Of a stretch of DNA of 64,000 bases, positions 51,308 to 64,000 are shown piece by piece (within the stretch, counting starts at the first letter, position 1; each line of letters opens with the position of its first letter). A program made the position numbers and the translations under genes. The notes below the pieces were generated by a model. It was not told the DNA's origin. It was given only the letters and a program-made list of their open reading frames with translations, and did not search any database. This DNA is from Mayamaea pseudoterrestris (Eukaryota): the NCBI GenBank assembly GCA_027923505.1, contig BROI01000020.1, positions 496,001 to 560,000 of the forward strand. The letters are read 5' to 3'.

Positions 51308-54300
51308 CTAGTCTCGAAGAAACGACGATACGCAACCCCTCAATAACCTAATTCGACGCTGCCCTTTTGAAACAATCGACTGCGAACTCTCATCGACAAC
51401 TCCGCCGTGGATCAGGTCGTACTCGTCGTCAGCCAAACTTCTGTCGCTGCAAGTCATTGCCTGATGACGGTACAGTCGGCGAGGCGCCGTGGTTGTATTG
51501 GCCTTTCGCAATGATTCATCCGCAAAGGCAGTAGCGTCGCTGACAGCAGTTGGTGATGCCTTGCTCGTTTTGGTAGCTTCGTTCAGCCGCTTCTCAATCA
51601 GTGTTGGATGAAGATCAATGGATGACTGCTCAGGAGTACTCCAGGTGTTCAAGGTAGAATCAAACGGAGCCGCGCTAGTCGGCGAAGACTGCCGCGATGA
51701 TGCAGATCGTGAATGGTAAATACGCGAAGATTCAAGCAAGTTCCTTGACTGCAACTGGTTGCGACCCCTTTCCGTGACAAGCTGCTGTTGCTTTCTCATA
51801 GTTTCAAGTTTTTGATCAAAGGCCTTGCGACTAGCTACAATTTCAGCGTTTGACGCGGCATCGTCGTCTCCTTGGGCAATGTGAAAAGGATCAAAAATTT
51901 CCGCCGAGCTGCCAGTGACTGAGTTGTCTTTCGTTACACTCCATTGACGCTGCCACTCGCTCGAGCCGCAGTCGTTTGGTGACTTGCTTGGTGTAGTATC
52001 GCTGCGAGCCCTTCTGAGTGACACTGGTGTCGACTTTATTACTCGATGGTTGCTGTCAATTGACGACGTGCTCATGTCAAGTTGAATTGGTGGATCGCTA
52101 AACGTCTTTGTATCCGGCCAAGCTGCTTCCCATGCGTCGACGCTGAATCCTTTGTCTACCACTGCAGACTCGTTGGCAAACGTGTTCGTGTCAAAGGCCA
52201 CAAAGTCACTAGACATGGTTGGATCTGCTTTCTGCAACGACAGACGGCTCCGTTGGACCCTCGAGGCGCTTCCTGGGGGAGAATAAGAACGTCGACGACT
52301 TCGTAAAAGCTCTGGACTGACTGGCTCATGACGGCTCAAATGTCTAACGCTTTCGCCCCGACCAACCGAGGCAGTACGATGAATGTTCAACGTTTCATTC
52401 GCCATGCGCCGCTGCTTCCAGTCTTCCACGCGAGCTTTGCGGAGCGCCAAACGCTCGGCAAAGTCATCTTCACCATGGCCAAGTTTGGTTGCGTCGGGGT
52501 CGCCACTTTGGATGGCTTGCAGTTGGATTGGATCATTAATAACAAGAGAAGCACTCTCCTTGGTGTTCGCAGATACGTTTGGCCTGGACGGACCTGTGTC
52601 CTCGCCATTCAACATGGCAGCATCCTCCGCAACATGTTTTCGCGCCAAATCCAAATCCTCCTTCCAGGGAGATAATCTCGGCTCCGCGCCAAGTCGAGGC
52701 TCCATCGGAACAGACTCACCAGCAGATGCAAGGAACGATGACTCAAACATTTCAATTGACCGTGCCGCCGCCAAACGTCTTTCAGTGTGCGACTCGTTAC
52801 TCGTCGACGCCGCAACTTGGTGAAGCTTGTTCACGCTAGACACTGAAAACGGCGAGTTCGACCGCACTCCAGCAGACTCTTGTCGCCGTCCTTCCATGGA
52901 CTCGTCACTCTCCAAATGATCCGAACGGTCGCGGCGGTGACTCCTTGATAATGTTCCCTTCGTTTCAACTCGCTCGCGCGGCAATGGCCGATCCATCCAA
53001 GGCGACGTTGGTCGTTCCCAGTGGCCGTAACGCACTGGATAGTGGTTGGCACGAGCGCGACTGCCGTCAACTAATCTCGTCAAAGGAGTGACTCGTCCAC
53101 TACTACTAGTCGCGGCAGTATTTTCTTCCTCAACATGGTGCGAGCTACCTGTTGTAGTTGCCACACTTGCGTCGCGTCGCCGCTCCCGCACCTGGTCGAG
53201 TGCTTGCTGGGCGTGGCGACGACTACTTTCGCTCGTCTTGCCCAACGAGGAGAATTGCTCAAACTTTTTGATCGCATCGTGCACCCTGACACTGACTGCT
53301 GGCGTGGGAGAATTTTCGCGACTCTTGTAGCGTTCCTCCTCGTCCAAGACTTGCTCAAAGCCTTGCTCGTCAGAGTCTTCGTGAAACGCGAGTTCCAGGT
53401 TGCAACCACCATCATTTGCGACATGCCGACTCTCCTCGTGACGCGAAATGGGCGAAAGCATGACGCCGTCAAAGGGATTGGAACTATTCAAGCTTGAGTC
53501 ATTTTGCGCGTGGCAATCCACAGATCCTTCCTCTTCGTCGTCATCCTCTTCATCTGCAATCTGCTGCTGCGAGTAGAGGAGCGTCTTGGTGTCGTACGCG
53601 GCAGCGGAGCGCCCTCCATACTGGTGCTTTATTGCCGCCTCGTTCCGCAGGAGAGGCAGCTGGCTGCCATGGCTCTGGTAGCTCGTGTGAAGCAGCCTAC
53701 GACTCGCGCGACTAGCAGACGACGATGCATGCGACACCAAGCTGCTCACACTGGCATCCTTCTCCTCCTCGACGCGCACCAACCATTGCTCCGTCTTGGT
53801 CTCGTCGTCACATTCAGTCTCCGCCGCATGCTGCCGCTGCTCGTCATGCTCTAGTAGTACACTCTGCACGTACAAATTGTGCTGCTCCCGATCCAGCAAC
53901 TGCGCCACCTGCTCCAAGTACATTAGCAAATCGTCCAGTTGCGACTGCGACTTGTTTCGCAATAGACTATACTGAACGTTGTGATAATGAGGATGGGTGG
54001 GCAGTACCTTTGCTAAAAAGTGACGCAGTCGACTGCCAATCAGGTAGGCCTCAATGAGCTCGTCGCGCGAGTCAACGGCGTGCTCCAGGAATTGCTCCAG
54101 GACCTGTGAAAAAGTGGTACAGAATATTAGGGACATGTATCAAGTCCATTAAATAATACAAGCATCTACATGTTTCACTCACGCGATTCGCCACTCCATA
54201 GTATTGCTCGAGACTGCCGCTCACGTCGAGACGAATGCTATTGCAACTGCCGTCGCGCTGCAGCAGGCGCTCGCGAAACTGACGGCCCGGCATGCGCCAG

Positions 54301-54431
54301 CGCTGCTCCGACTCGGTGCTTTGCTGCGAAAACGAGCTGGATGTGTTGATCAGTAGTTGTTGTTGAGGAGAAGGAGATGGAGCAGGAGATGACGAGTGGT
54401 AGGGATGATGAGACAATGATGGTTGCTGCAT
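51308..54431 (-). CDS. Large disordered protein with an N-terminal USP8-dimerisation/MIT-like helical domain; exons 54431-54183, 54103-51308
   Basis: Spliced N-terminus SLEQYYGVANR|VLEQF...AYLIGSRLRHFLAKVLPTHPHY matches the USP8/AMSH N-domain pattern. The rest is low-complexity and Ser/Arg-rich. Confidence 0.72.
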
Positions 54432-55018
54432 CTTGTCGCTGATTTTTTGGCAGCTGCCTGATGCTGCTACGTGACTTGTTACAGCTTCGATTTTCTCTCG
54501 TCGTCTCTATGAGTATACGGTAGTATATTGGTCAGTGCTATTGCTTGCTCAAACAGAGAGAGAGAGACGATGCAGAGAGGAGGCCAACCGATGATGCAAG
54601 CGCATTGGATGTTTCGAAATGCACGAGTCGCGCGTGCTGTGACGGACGAAACGGCGTGGCCGGCTCGCTGGGAGTTTGGGGACCGTCGGTAAGTGCCACT
54701 GCGCCAAGCTTTGCACGCGAGCCGAGCTAGCAACGGCGATAGTCACGAAATTCTGTCATGGCAGTTCGAACCGACACGAACAACAACAATTTGTAACCTA
54801 ACAGCAGCCGTTGCCACGTCCTCTACTATAAACGATGCCACGTCTAGTAGAGCTGGATGGTAGGAGATACATTTATTATGAGAATTGACAGCAAACGCAA
54901 GAGCATGCAAATATATATTGCCCTTTTCCCACATAGAGGCAGAGTTCGCTCAATAGTTTCCCCAGCCTAACCACTTTAAACAAAACTACGACTCTCGAGC
55001 AAACTTGTCATAATTACA

Positions 55019-55684
55019 CTACGAAACAATACACTGCGGAAACAGTAGCGACGCTTGCACTTGCTGCGCGACCGAAAGAGCCGACGTTTGCCGACGCCAC
55101 GCGTCATACACTGCGTCTGTTTCGTTCCACTCCAACGCCAGTTCCTCGTGCGACCCACTGATGCGTCTTCCATCATGCAATACCACCAAGGAAGGAAGCT
55201 GCGTCACGTTGAAGCAAGCTTGCAGCGTGGGTGTCAGGTGAGTGTAGGCAAAGCCACTGCCGCAAAGGCAGGCGTCAATGGGTTGGGTGACGCGATTAGA
55301 AGTACTACTATCGACTTTGTCCTCATTGACAGCGTCGCTGCTGCTCGTTTCGGACTCCGATGCAATGGCAATGCAAGCTACTTGTTGCGCGTGAGCTTCG
55401 ACGAGACGAAACAGTGCTTTGCGAATCGTCAGGGAATGCTGCTGGGTCAAATCCATGAACAACAAAACAACAATGTCTTTGCCATTCACCAGATCCAGCA
55501 AGTCTATTATGCGTGGTGGTATTGAATCATCTTGTTGCTGCTGCTCCCGCTTTCGTCGCGCACCAGGCCGGAGTCGCTTGGTCGTTTCCGTCCAAGCAAT
55601 GGCATCGTGGTCATAAAACGTGACTTGATCTGGTAGAAATCGCAGCAGTCCAGGAACTCGTCGTGGTGGTGGTGGCTGTTGCAT
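55019..55684 (-). CDS. Thioredoxin-fold (nucleoredoxin-like) protein lacking CxxC, with C-terminal CaaX box
   Basis: IVVLLF...LFRLVE...IAI...FNVTQLPSLVVL pattern (cis-Pro segment). Ends in CIVS*. Confidence 0.6.
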   Translation of the reverse strand: MQQPPPPRRVPGLLRFLPDQVTFYDHDAIAWTETTKRLRPGARRKREQQQQDDSIPPRIIDLLDLVNGKDIVVLLFMDLTQQHSLTIRKALFRLVEAHAQQVACIAIASESETSSSDAVNEDKVDSSTSNRVTQPIDACLCGSGFAYTHLTPTLQACFNVTQLPSLVVLHDGRRISGSHEELALEWNETDAVYDAWRRQTSALSVAQQVQASLLFPQCIVS

Positions 55685-56027
55685 CTTATTGAAGCAGGAT
55701 TTGTAGAAAGCAGCTTATCTCGATGGTTGTTTATGTTTTGGTGGTGGTCGGATGGTCGTGTGCCGCGCCGCGACGGATCAAGTGAGACGCGTTACGACTT
55801 AATCAGTGCCGCATGATACAGTACGAGTCAGCTATCCGCGGGCTGCCAACCAATCTGTGCCATGTTTAACAGTACGTGTTTTCCGCTACATTTGTTTTGC
55901 TCACTCTACTGTATATAATCGATATGCAATTACATTTTTTATCGTCAGTTACGTCAGCAAAGACAAGCTCGCGTGACGATTAAGTAGCAAGGACAAGGAT
56001 TTTCACACAATCCCTTGGATAAACAAA

Positions 56028-56912
56028 CTACACCGGCATGACGCATTGCGTCCCCGTCGCCACGGGCCAAGCATTGCTAAAGCAACCAAAAATGGATCCA
56101 GTCGTTCCGTCGCTAAAGGTCAATTGAAAGCTCACCGCCTTGTTTGTAGCACCCGTGAGACTCGCCGCCCAGGTGGCGCAGCTCACTCGAAGCATTGGCG
56201 TCGTGATTGTTCCAACTGTGATTGAAGCCGCCTGGACGCCAGTCACTCCGCCGGCGAACAAGACTTTGGTGTAGTAAGCATTGTTTCCATCCAACACGAC
56301 AGCCGCCAGTGGTGAGCGTTGGCAGTTCACCTTGGCGTAGGCCACTGGAAAGACGCCAGTGTTGGCACCCGATATAGCTTGATGCGCCGCCACGTAGCAG
56401 TCAAAGTGTTTCGAGCCGCCCGCGCCAAAGTCAACGACTTGAACAATGGTTGAACCTGCTCTTCCTAAATCACTTCCACCGCTTCCACTGTATGACACGC
56501 GGTAGCAGCTTCCACAAGAAACGCCACTTTCGTACAAGTCGTCACTGACGGCGCAGTACATGCCCGGAGTCACATAGCTGCGGAGCCACGGTGTGTTTCC
56601 GCCAGACGTTGACGTCGACGAAGCATACTCGCAGGATGACCCTTGCACCGCGCTGGGACTCGTCGTCCACATGGTTAATTGACCGCCCGTGATGCATTTG
56701 GACTGCTGGGGGCATTGCAGCTGACAAACGTGAAACACTTTTTTGTTGGTGCGCTGATCCAAAAGGCGGCACTGCGTCTTGGTAATGGCTTTGCAAGTCA
56801 AAAGACTATTGTTGACTTTGACGCGGGTCGAACCAAGGTTGTTGCAGGTTGGTGAAAAGGCAGCATGAGCGACTGAAATGACGCAGCAGATCAAAAGGAG
56901 ATAAGTGCACAT
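56028..56912 (-). CDS. Secreted expansin-like protein (DPBB + CBM63-like) with an N-terminal Cys-rich module
   Basis: Signal peptide, GSSCEY, AVSDDLYESGVSCGSCYRV, VVD, HFD motif, then NAYYTKVLF..GV..ASI..M.R..ATW. Alternative start at 56936. Confidence 0.8.
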   Translation of the reverse strand: MCTYLLLICCVISVAHAAFSPTCNNLGSTRVKVNNSLLTCKAITKTQCRLLDQRTNKKVFHVCQLQCPQQSKCITGGQLTMWTTSPSAVQGSSCEYASSTSTSGGNTPWLRSYVTPGMYCAVSDDLYESGVSCGSCYRVSYSGSGGSDLGRAGSTIVQVVDFGAGGSKHFDCYVAAHQAISGANTGVFPVAYAKVNCQRSPLAAVVLDGNNAYYTKVLFAGGVTGVQAASITVGTITTPMLRVSCATWAASLTGATNKAVSFQLTFSDGTTGSIFGCFSNAWPVATGTQCVMPV

Positions 56913-57444
56913 GTTTGGGGGTGACGAAAGCTTCATTCTACTTGTATTAGGAGGTAGGAGCAACGGCAAGCCTGCTTGGGGGAAACGAAATAATGAAGAT
57001 CTGCAGCCTCAGCAAATGCTAGAGTGGAAAGCTGTGCAATATTTCCCCAATCAACTAATTCAAAGACTCCTCAGTCTTGGAGTTCACCAGGTCATGGCCA
57101 ATGTTGCTCTATTGATGGATTGTGGACGGCACGTAAAGCGTGATTTTGATCTTGCTCGTCGTTCTTCTGTTGGTCGTAAAATCGAAAATCAATCGTGAAT
57201 GACGTAAGATGACCATGAAACGTCACTCTGTCACACAATGACTTTGAAACGTCGTGGGGCAATGCAAAATGTGACCCATTGACATTTTCGTTCTCCGCGC
57301 CGCCAGTCCTCATGGTGCTTCCACGCATGGAACGAGAAGGCGTGAACGGTGTCGCTCATCCCTCTCTATACTATACAATACGCTACAATACAATAGCAAG
57401 CATAAGAGTCTCACTCTCGCTTAAATATTGCTACTGCTGCTGCA

Positions 57445-60400
57445 ATGGACGACGAACACAAGGACGAAACGAACGCTTTGCGCAGTCACGACGAAAGCTG
57501 CAGTCGCAGCCACAACGACTACTCTAACAGCAGCGACTACGACGACGACGCCGACGACTCTGATTTATGGGACAGTCAGTCCAGCGCCAATGGCGGCAAC
57601 TCTCCCAATGACGACGTGGTTCATTCCGAAGTCCAGCAGCTGAGTCGGCGCGAAACGCGCGCCATTCGGGCCTGGCGAGTGTTCATCTTGCTGCTCATTA
57701 CCTGCGTCGGAGTTGGCGTCTCGGTTGGTTTCTGGGTAATCTTGAGCAACGAGGAGCATGATCGATACATGGAATCGGTATGTTTAAACGAATTATAGTA
57801 GTGGAAGATGGATATGTAGAGGATGCAAAATGTTACAAACGGATGCAGGATTTCCATTCCATTCGCTGCTGCTTCGTCCTATCGCTCACCCTCGGCCATT
57901 ATTTTCCTTCCTCACAATTTTTTCTACATATTTACTATTTTTTGTTCAGTACCAAACGTTTGCCCGCTCCATTCAGGACACGACCAAATTTTACGTGAAC
58001 AATTTACACCACGCCACGCGCGACCTGGCGCAAACGATTACCGTCTCCAGTCTGGTGCGCAACCAAACCTTTCCCTTTGTGTCTGTCGGTTTGTTTGAAA
58101 CGCTGGCGCGGCACTCGCTGCAGCAATCCGCCATGGAGGCGCTGCTGTATAGTCCATTGGTGAGTGATGGTCAGCGAGCCGAATGGGAGCAGTATAGCGT
58201 GGCGCATCAAGATTGGATTGCGGCCAGTCAGTCGCAGTATATGCAAGTGTCAAGTACTGGGAATGGCGCTACTGGAACGTTGCAGTCGGACAGTAACGTT
58301 TACACGGAGGCAGGTAGTGTGCCGATTGCACCATATATTTGGAGTGCTACAACGACAAACGGCAGTGCTACGCTCCGAGTACCGGAACCAGCAGACAGCG
58401 GACCGTATTTGCCAACCTGGATGGTGTCGCCGCTGCCAACGTCGGGCAACTTTTTCGTCAACGCGAATCGCTTCAACGCTCCCATGCTCCACGAGCAGTA
58501 CTACTTTACGGCGGGAGTGGCGCGAGGTGAGTTTGTAGTTGTTGTTACTGTTGTTTAGTTATATTGAATGCGATGAAGCTTGGCCATGCACGCGTCGATC
58601 TTGTCTCATGTCAATTCATTCATGTTCCACCAACGCAGAAGGTGTATTTTCGCACGTTCCCGACTTGCTGCACGAAACAACGAAGGCATCCATTGACTTT
58701 GACCATTACAGTCATCGCGAGATTGACGGCAGCGTCAAAGCCGATCGCGCGTCTGATAAGGGTTTGCCACACGCCATGTTAATCGAGCCCGTCTTTGACA
58801 CTCCCAACGAGAAAACGGCAAACGTGGTTGGATATGTCGAGGGAGTCGTCTTGTGGAACCACTACATGACGGGGCTGGTGCCGGATGGTGTCAATGGAAT
58901 TTGCTGCGTGCTGCAAAACTCGTGTGGGCAGTCGTTTACCTTTACGTTGACTGGAAGCAAGGTATGTGTAAATTGTGAAAAAACACTGGCGCATCATTGT
59001 CCATTCAACATTCATCTGCATGTTGCTGTCGCTGACACTCCACTTTCATCTGCATTTTGCTGTTGCTGACACTCCATTTGCTGCTGCTTTGATAGCCAGA
59101 ATACGTCGGAGTCGGCGACTTGCATGAGTCGGCTTACGATGGCACTGCGGTGTACGTTCCGCTCTACGACTACATTTACCCCAACGCAACGCAGCAATTA
59201 GACGGCCACTGTGAGTATTACATGACTATCTACTCGAGCGCCGAGTTTGAGGAGCAAGCCACGACAAATTTGCCAGCGGTGGTGACGGCGGCGGCTGCCG
59301 GCTTGTTTGCTTTGGTGCTGCTAGTGTTTGTCTTGTATGACTGCTTTGTAGAGCGACGCAACAGCATTTTGCTCGAGGCGGCGGAAAAGTCACACAATAT
59401 ACTTTCGAGTCTTTTTCCTCAAAATGTTCGGGAGCGATTGTTTGCGGAACAAAAGGAGGCAGAAATATTAGCGAAGCAAAATGACGGTCAACGCGCTCGC
59501 AACCTCAAAGGGTATATTGACGGCGGCATGAATGGTGTGGTTGAGGAGGCTGACGATGAGATGGGCTACAAGGGCAAGCCAATTGCCGACTTGTTTTCCG
59601 AGAGTACTGTCCTTTTTGCTGATATCGCCGGATTTACTGCTTGGAGCTCTCAGCGCGAACCAGCGCAGGTTTTCACTTTGCTTGAGACGTTGTATCGAGC
59701 CTTTGATGAGATTGCAACGAAACGTCGAGTTTTTAAAGTTGAGACAATTGGAGATTGCTACGTTGCAGTCACTGGTGTACCCGAACCGCAAAAGGAGCAT
59801 GCTGTCATTATGTGCCGCTTTGCACGAGACATGATGGTATCTACACGCTCACTTGTCAAGCGACTAGAAACAACGCTTGGACCAGACACGGGTGACTTGG
59901 ACATGCGAGTCGGTATTCACTCGGGACCTGTCACAGCTGGTGTTTTAAGAGGCGAACGGTCGCGTTTCCAGGTATGTGTCGAACTTCGTTTTTATTTTGT
60001 TTGAGCTGGGTTGGCTTACACTGCTTTTTTATTAAACGTTGCTACAGCTATTTGGGGATACAATGGTACGTATAATACGCGGGGCATGCCTGTATACGCA
60101 CCTTTCATGATTGTCGTAGCTCAACTCTTTTTGCCTTCTGTAGAACACTGCTTCGCGAACTGAAAGCACTGGGATAAAGGGAAAGATCCAACTTTCGCAA
60201 GAAACAGCAGACCATCTCATTGGATCTGGTAAGGCACATTGGATTGCACAGCGCTCCGATAAGGTTGTTGCAAAAGGCAAAGGAGAAATGACAACATATT
60301 GGCTAGTTTTCGCATCGTCAGGCGGTTCTTCTGGGCCGTCGCATGCCAACTCTTCGGAGCAAGATCCACAGGAAACGAAACTTGAGGTAGAAGAAGAAAC

Positions 60401-61604
60401 TGCTCCCAAGACGGATGCACAACAAGCACGCGTTGCAACTGAAAAGACGTCGAGACTGGTGGCTTGGAACGCCGACGTCCTGTTGCGCCTACTGAAGCAA
60501 ATGGTAGCCCGACGAAAGTTGCAGAAACTTCCACTTCAGGGAAATGGGACAGTAGATGAGAATGTTTACCTACAAGACGGCAACTTGATCATCGACGAGG
60601 TCAAAGAGATCATTACGCTTCCCACGTACGACACGCATGGCAACGCTGATGAGCTCGACTTGGATCAAGTGGAGATTGGCAATGATGTTGTGGAGGCGTT
60701 GTTCGACTATGTTTCCAATATTGCTGCGTTATACCGAAACAATCCCTTTCATAATTTTGAGCACGCATCGCATGTGACTATGTCGGTCACAAAACTACTG
60801 TCTCGCATCGTCGCGCCTTCCGACATTGAATACAATCAGGCGTCGGGCAAATCGTTACATGACCACACATATGGTATTACGAATGATCTTCTGACGCAGT
60901 TTGCGTGCGTGTACAGTGCCTTGATTCATGATGTTGACCACAGTGGTGTTCCAAATGCCCAGCTTGTTGAAGAGAAGAGCCAGCTGGCGCAATTTTACAA
61001 GAGTCAAAGTGTCGCCGAGCAAAATAGCGTCGACTTGTCCTGGAACTTGCTAATGGAGCAGCGCTATTCGGCTTTGCGGCGTACCATTTACACCAACGAA
61101 GCTGAATTTCATCGCTTCCGTAAACTGGTTGTGAATAGTGTAATGGCAACGGACATTGTAGACAAGGAGCTAAAGACGCTGCGGAATAAAAGGTGGGAGG
61201 CTGCATTTTCAAACATTGAAAGTGTGGAGAGTATTGATGACGTCCGCAACCGCAAAGCCACCATCGTCATTGAGCATTTAATCCAGGCCAGCGACGTTTC
61301 TCATACAATGCAGCACTGGCATATATACCGCAAGTGGAATGAGCGATTCTTCTTCGAATGTTTCCGTGCGTGGAAGGAAGGCAGGTCAGCTCAGGATCCC
61401 AGTGAGTCTTGGTACAAGGGAGAAATGGGCTTTTATGATTTCTATATAATACCATTGGCCCGTAAGTTGAAGGATTGTGGCGTTTTTGGGGTGTCAAGCG
61501 AGGAGTATTTAAATTATGCGCAAAGGAACCGCAAAGAATGGGAAGCAAGAGGGGAAGAAGTCGTCCAAGAAATGATTCTAAAGGCAAAAGAGATGAATTT
61601 TTAA
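57445..61604 (+). CDS. Receptor-type bifunctional cyclase-phosphodiesterase, copy F; exons 57445-57777, 57950-58526, 58639-58961, 59096-59971, 60048-60065, 60144-61604
   Basis: Same architecture and motifs, with an 18-nt LFGDTM micro-exon. Phases are consistent. Confidence 0.92.
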
Positions 61605-61731
61605 CTTACAAGCTACGCTAACGCTAACTGCATTGATCAATATTCTCTCACGTAATACGATTCATGTAATGGTACGACGATTAGTGTAAAATGCCTTGAA
61701 TTTAACCATCCTCGACCGCATGATGAACCAT

Positions 61732-63687
61732 CTACGAGGCGAAATTTTCTTTAACATACTTCTTAAAGCACTTGTAATCCAACATGACTTGATCATGGTA
61801 GTTCATTGCCAGCTGCGTGATTGCTTTGCGCCAGGCCTTTCGATGTCGATACTCCTCTAGAGCTGCATACAAGACGTGCTTGAATTGCGCCGGAGACTTG
61901 CTGACGCTTCCTCGAACGTGACTCGTCGCCGTTGCAATGGCTACTTGCTCTGCAAACATGGTAAAGTCCTCCTTGTCGGTTATAGCGTCCAAATCTGGCG
62001 ATGCCTTCCAGGGCGACCGCTGCCGAACAACAAATGCTCGGTCGTCAATGACAACCCAGCCGGTGAACGGATCGGTAAAGGAAGTGAGCGCCCGCTGCGC
62101 CTTGACAGCTCTAGCCGCCGCGTGCGGAAACATGACATCGTACCATGCCGCATCGGCCTTTGACAGGACTCTCGAAACGGCTCCCCACGGTTCAAATTTC
62201 ACGTCCAAAATCACGGCACTCCCACCCGGCGTACCATCGGTTCCATTCATCAGCACATAGTAACGATCCACTCCATACGAACCAACGCCCGATCCAACGC
62301 GTCTCGCTACATCCACCACTTTATAGTAGTCATCGTCCCACTCGCGGACGCGAAAGCCCATCTTTTGCATCGTGGCTCCGTACTGATCCGACGTGAAAGT
62401 TTGCTTGATTCGCTCCTCCAAGTCCGAGTCAATCTTTTCGAGTTTCATTGCCTCCTTCTTGACGAGCCGTCGTTCCATTGTCGAATTGTTCATTTCCGTG
62501 TACTTGTCGAGCTGCTTGTACTGGGAATTGACCGATTCAACGTGCTTTAAAAAGTCTCGTAAACTTCCTTGGGAAGTCTTTGGTGTAATTTCGCTCACCA
62601 AGGCCACGTCGTTGCCAACGTAGGAAAAGACTTTGGCAACGTACGTGCCAAGAAAGGCGTAGACAATGTTCTTAATGGCGTTTGGCTTGAATCCGTTGGT
62701 GTAGGCGTGGTTGTAGATGGAAACTGCGATGCGAATGACGTCAATGTGAAAGTCTGAATGAAGCGAGCAAGAAGCGACGAATTATGAGTGAGTTGCCAGA
62801 AACGAGACAGACAATTACGATCGTGTAACACAGTCAAAGCTAACGAAACAATCAGCTTTGATCGTGCAGAGCAGCCATAGCTAGCCAGCCCAAGCCCTTT
62901 GCCCCTCCTCCAACGTACCATATATCGCCGCCTCATCAAAGTCATTGACTCCAAAAACAACCTCCCCACCCCGATTCTTCCACGCCCCAAAGTTCGACAA
63001 GTGTTGATCACCGGTGATCCACGTATACAATGACTTTTCGCTAAACGGAATGCCATCCATTTTGGGTTGTATGCCGATACTGCTCAACGTAAAGTTGCTC
63101 CACTTGCCGCCGGCAAAGTCCAGCCAAAACAGTTGCGCCGTGGCGCGGTAAAAGACGCTGTAGTCTTGCGACTGAATGTTGTATTCCTCCACGAGTACGC
63201 TTCGCGGAACGCCAAAGGCTTCGGCGCGCTGCATGAACACGTCAATGACGTGACTGCAGCGCTTGCTGGCGGATGGTGGCTTCCAGTACTTGCGGTTGGT
63301 GGAACCTTCCAATGGAATGGAGGAGGAGAATGATGATGTCTTATCGTGCTTATCTTCTATGGTTGTCGTCGTCATGACTTCAATGGGCGAATCATCGTAA
63401 ACGTCATTGTCAAAAAACCTTCTCCAATCGGTTGATGCTTGCTTTGTTGCTGTCACGCTTTGGAATGATGTTCCATTGGCTTGCGTATGACGGCTGCAGC
63501 GAGTTTGAAGCAGCGCGAGACTTGCAAAAAGAGCAACGACTGCAGCAGCTGCACCGGCAATTGCAGTAGTTTTGCGAGGAGACCCTCTTGGTTCCGTTTC
63601 TGTCAATGTAACTGCTGCTGTCGGAAGGAGGCATTGTCGCTCACCAATAGCATCAGAAGCATCAAGATGCTGATTCGTTTGCCGCAT
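61732..63687 (-). CDS. DUF2252-family (kinase-like fold) protein with an N-terminal membrane anchor; exons 63687-62919, 62753-61732
   Basis: FYRATA, WITGDQHLSNFG, VVFGVNDFDEA, D|FHIDVIRIAVS, DVARRVGSGVGSYG..RYYVL, ILDVK and VVRQRSPWK, typical of DUF2252. One GT-AG intron. Confidence 0.82.
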
Positions 63688-64000
63688 TATTATGAAAGTT
63701 GCGTGCAGCAAACAGCAAGCTGTAAAATCCTTTTGTCCCTTTTAGTCTATTTAATGCGAGAGATATACCGAGTAGCCAAACGATCCAATCTTGGATGGAT
63801 TTGTCGTCATGGTGGAGCTCATGGTTGCAGTTCGCGATCTTTTATCTTGTCGCTCTGGTAATGGGTCGACTGGCTGGCTCGATGATTGTCACGCCAGCCG
63901 GACGATCGCTCTCACAATTTCTCGACGCTGGAACCGACGTGAGCTTGCTCAGCTCGCTATCCATCGAGCCACATCAAACGCAATGCTTGCGATTCACACT

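Overview
Gene-dense eukaryotic nuclear DNA (~50% GC, short GT-AG introns of ~70-250 nt, short intergenic gaps). The gene families point to a diatom or related stramenopile (inference, not proven). The window is dominated by six paralogues of a large two-TM receptor with an extracellular CHASE-like sensor, a class III nucleotide cyclase and a class I cyclic-nucleotide phosphodiesterase in one polypeptide (16.3-20.7, 22.6-26.6, 27.1-31.3, 32.1-36.3, 39.3-43.0 and 57.4-61.6 kb). I reconstructed the exons of all six by hand. One copy has an in-frame TGA in its sensor exon. All six carry non-canonical specificity residues (cyclase Cys/Asp site = Gln; PDE invariant Gln = Glu). Intron presence is patchy across copies, and short tracts are identical between otherwise divergent copies. 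Near the left end, a three-exon secreted knottin-like protein (poorly captured by the ORF track) lies next to an M43 metalloprotease whose C-terminus carries a module with identical cysteine spacing. Other genes: DBT (BCKDH E2), ABC1/UbiB kinase, MFS transporter, SRP54, mitochondrial carrier, TGS1, sulfotransferase, expansin-like protein, CaaX-ended thioredoxin-fold protein, DUF2252 protein and several hypothetical proteins. I saw no RNA genes, CRISPR arrays or recognisable mobile elements.
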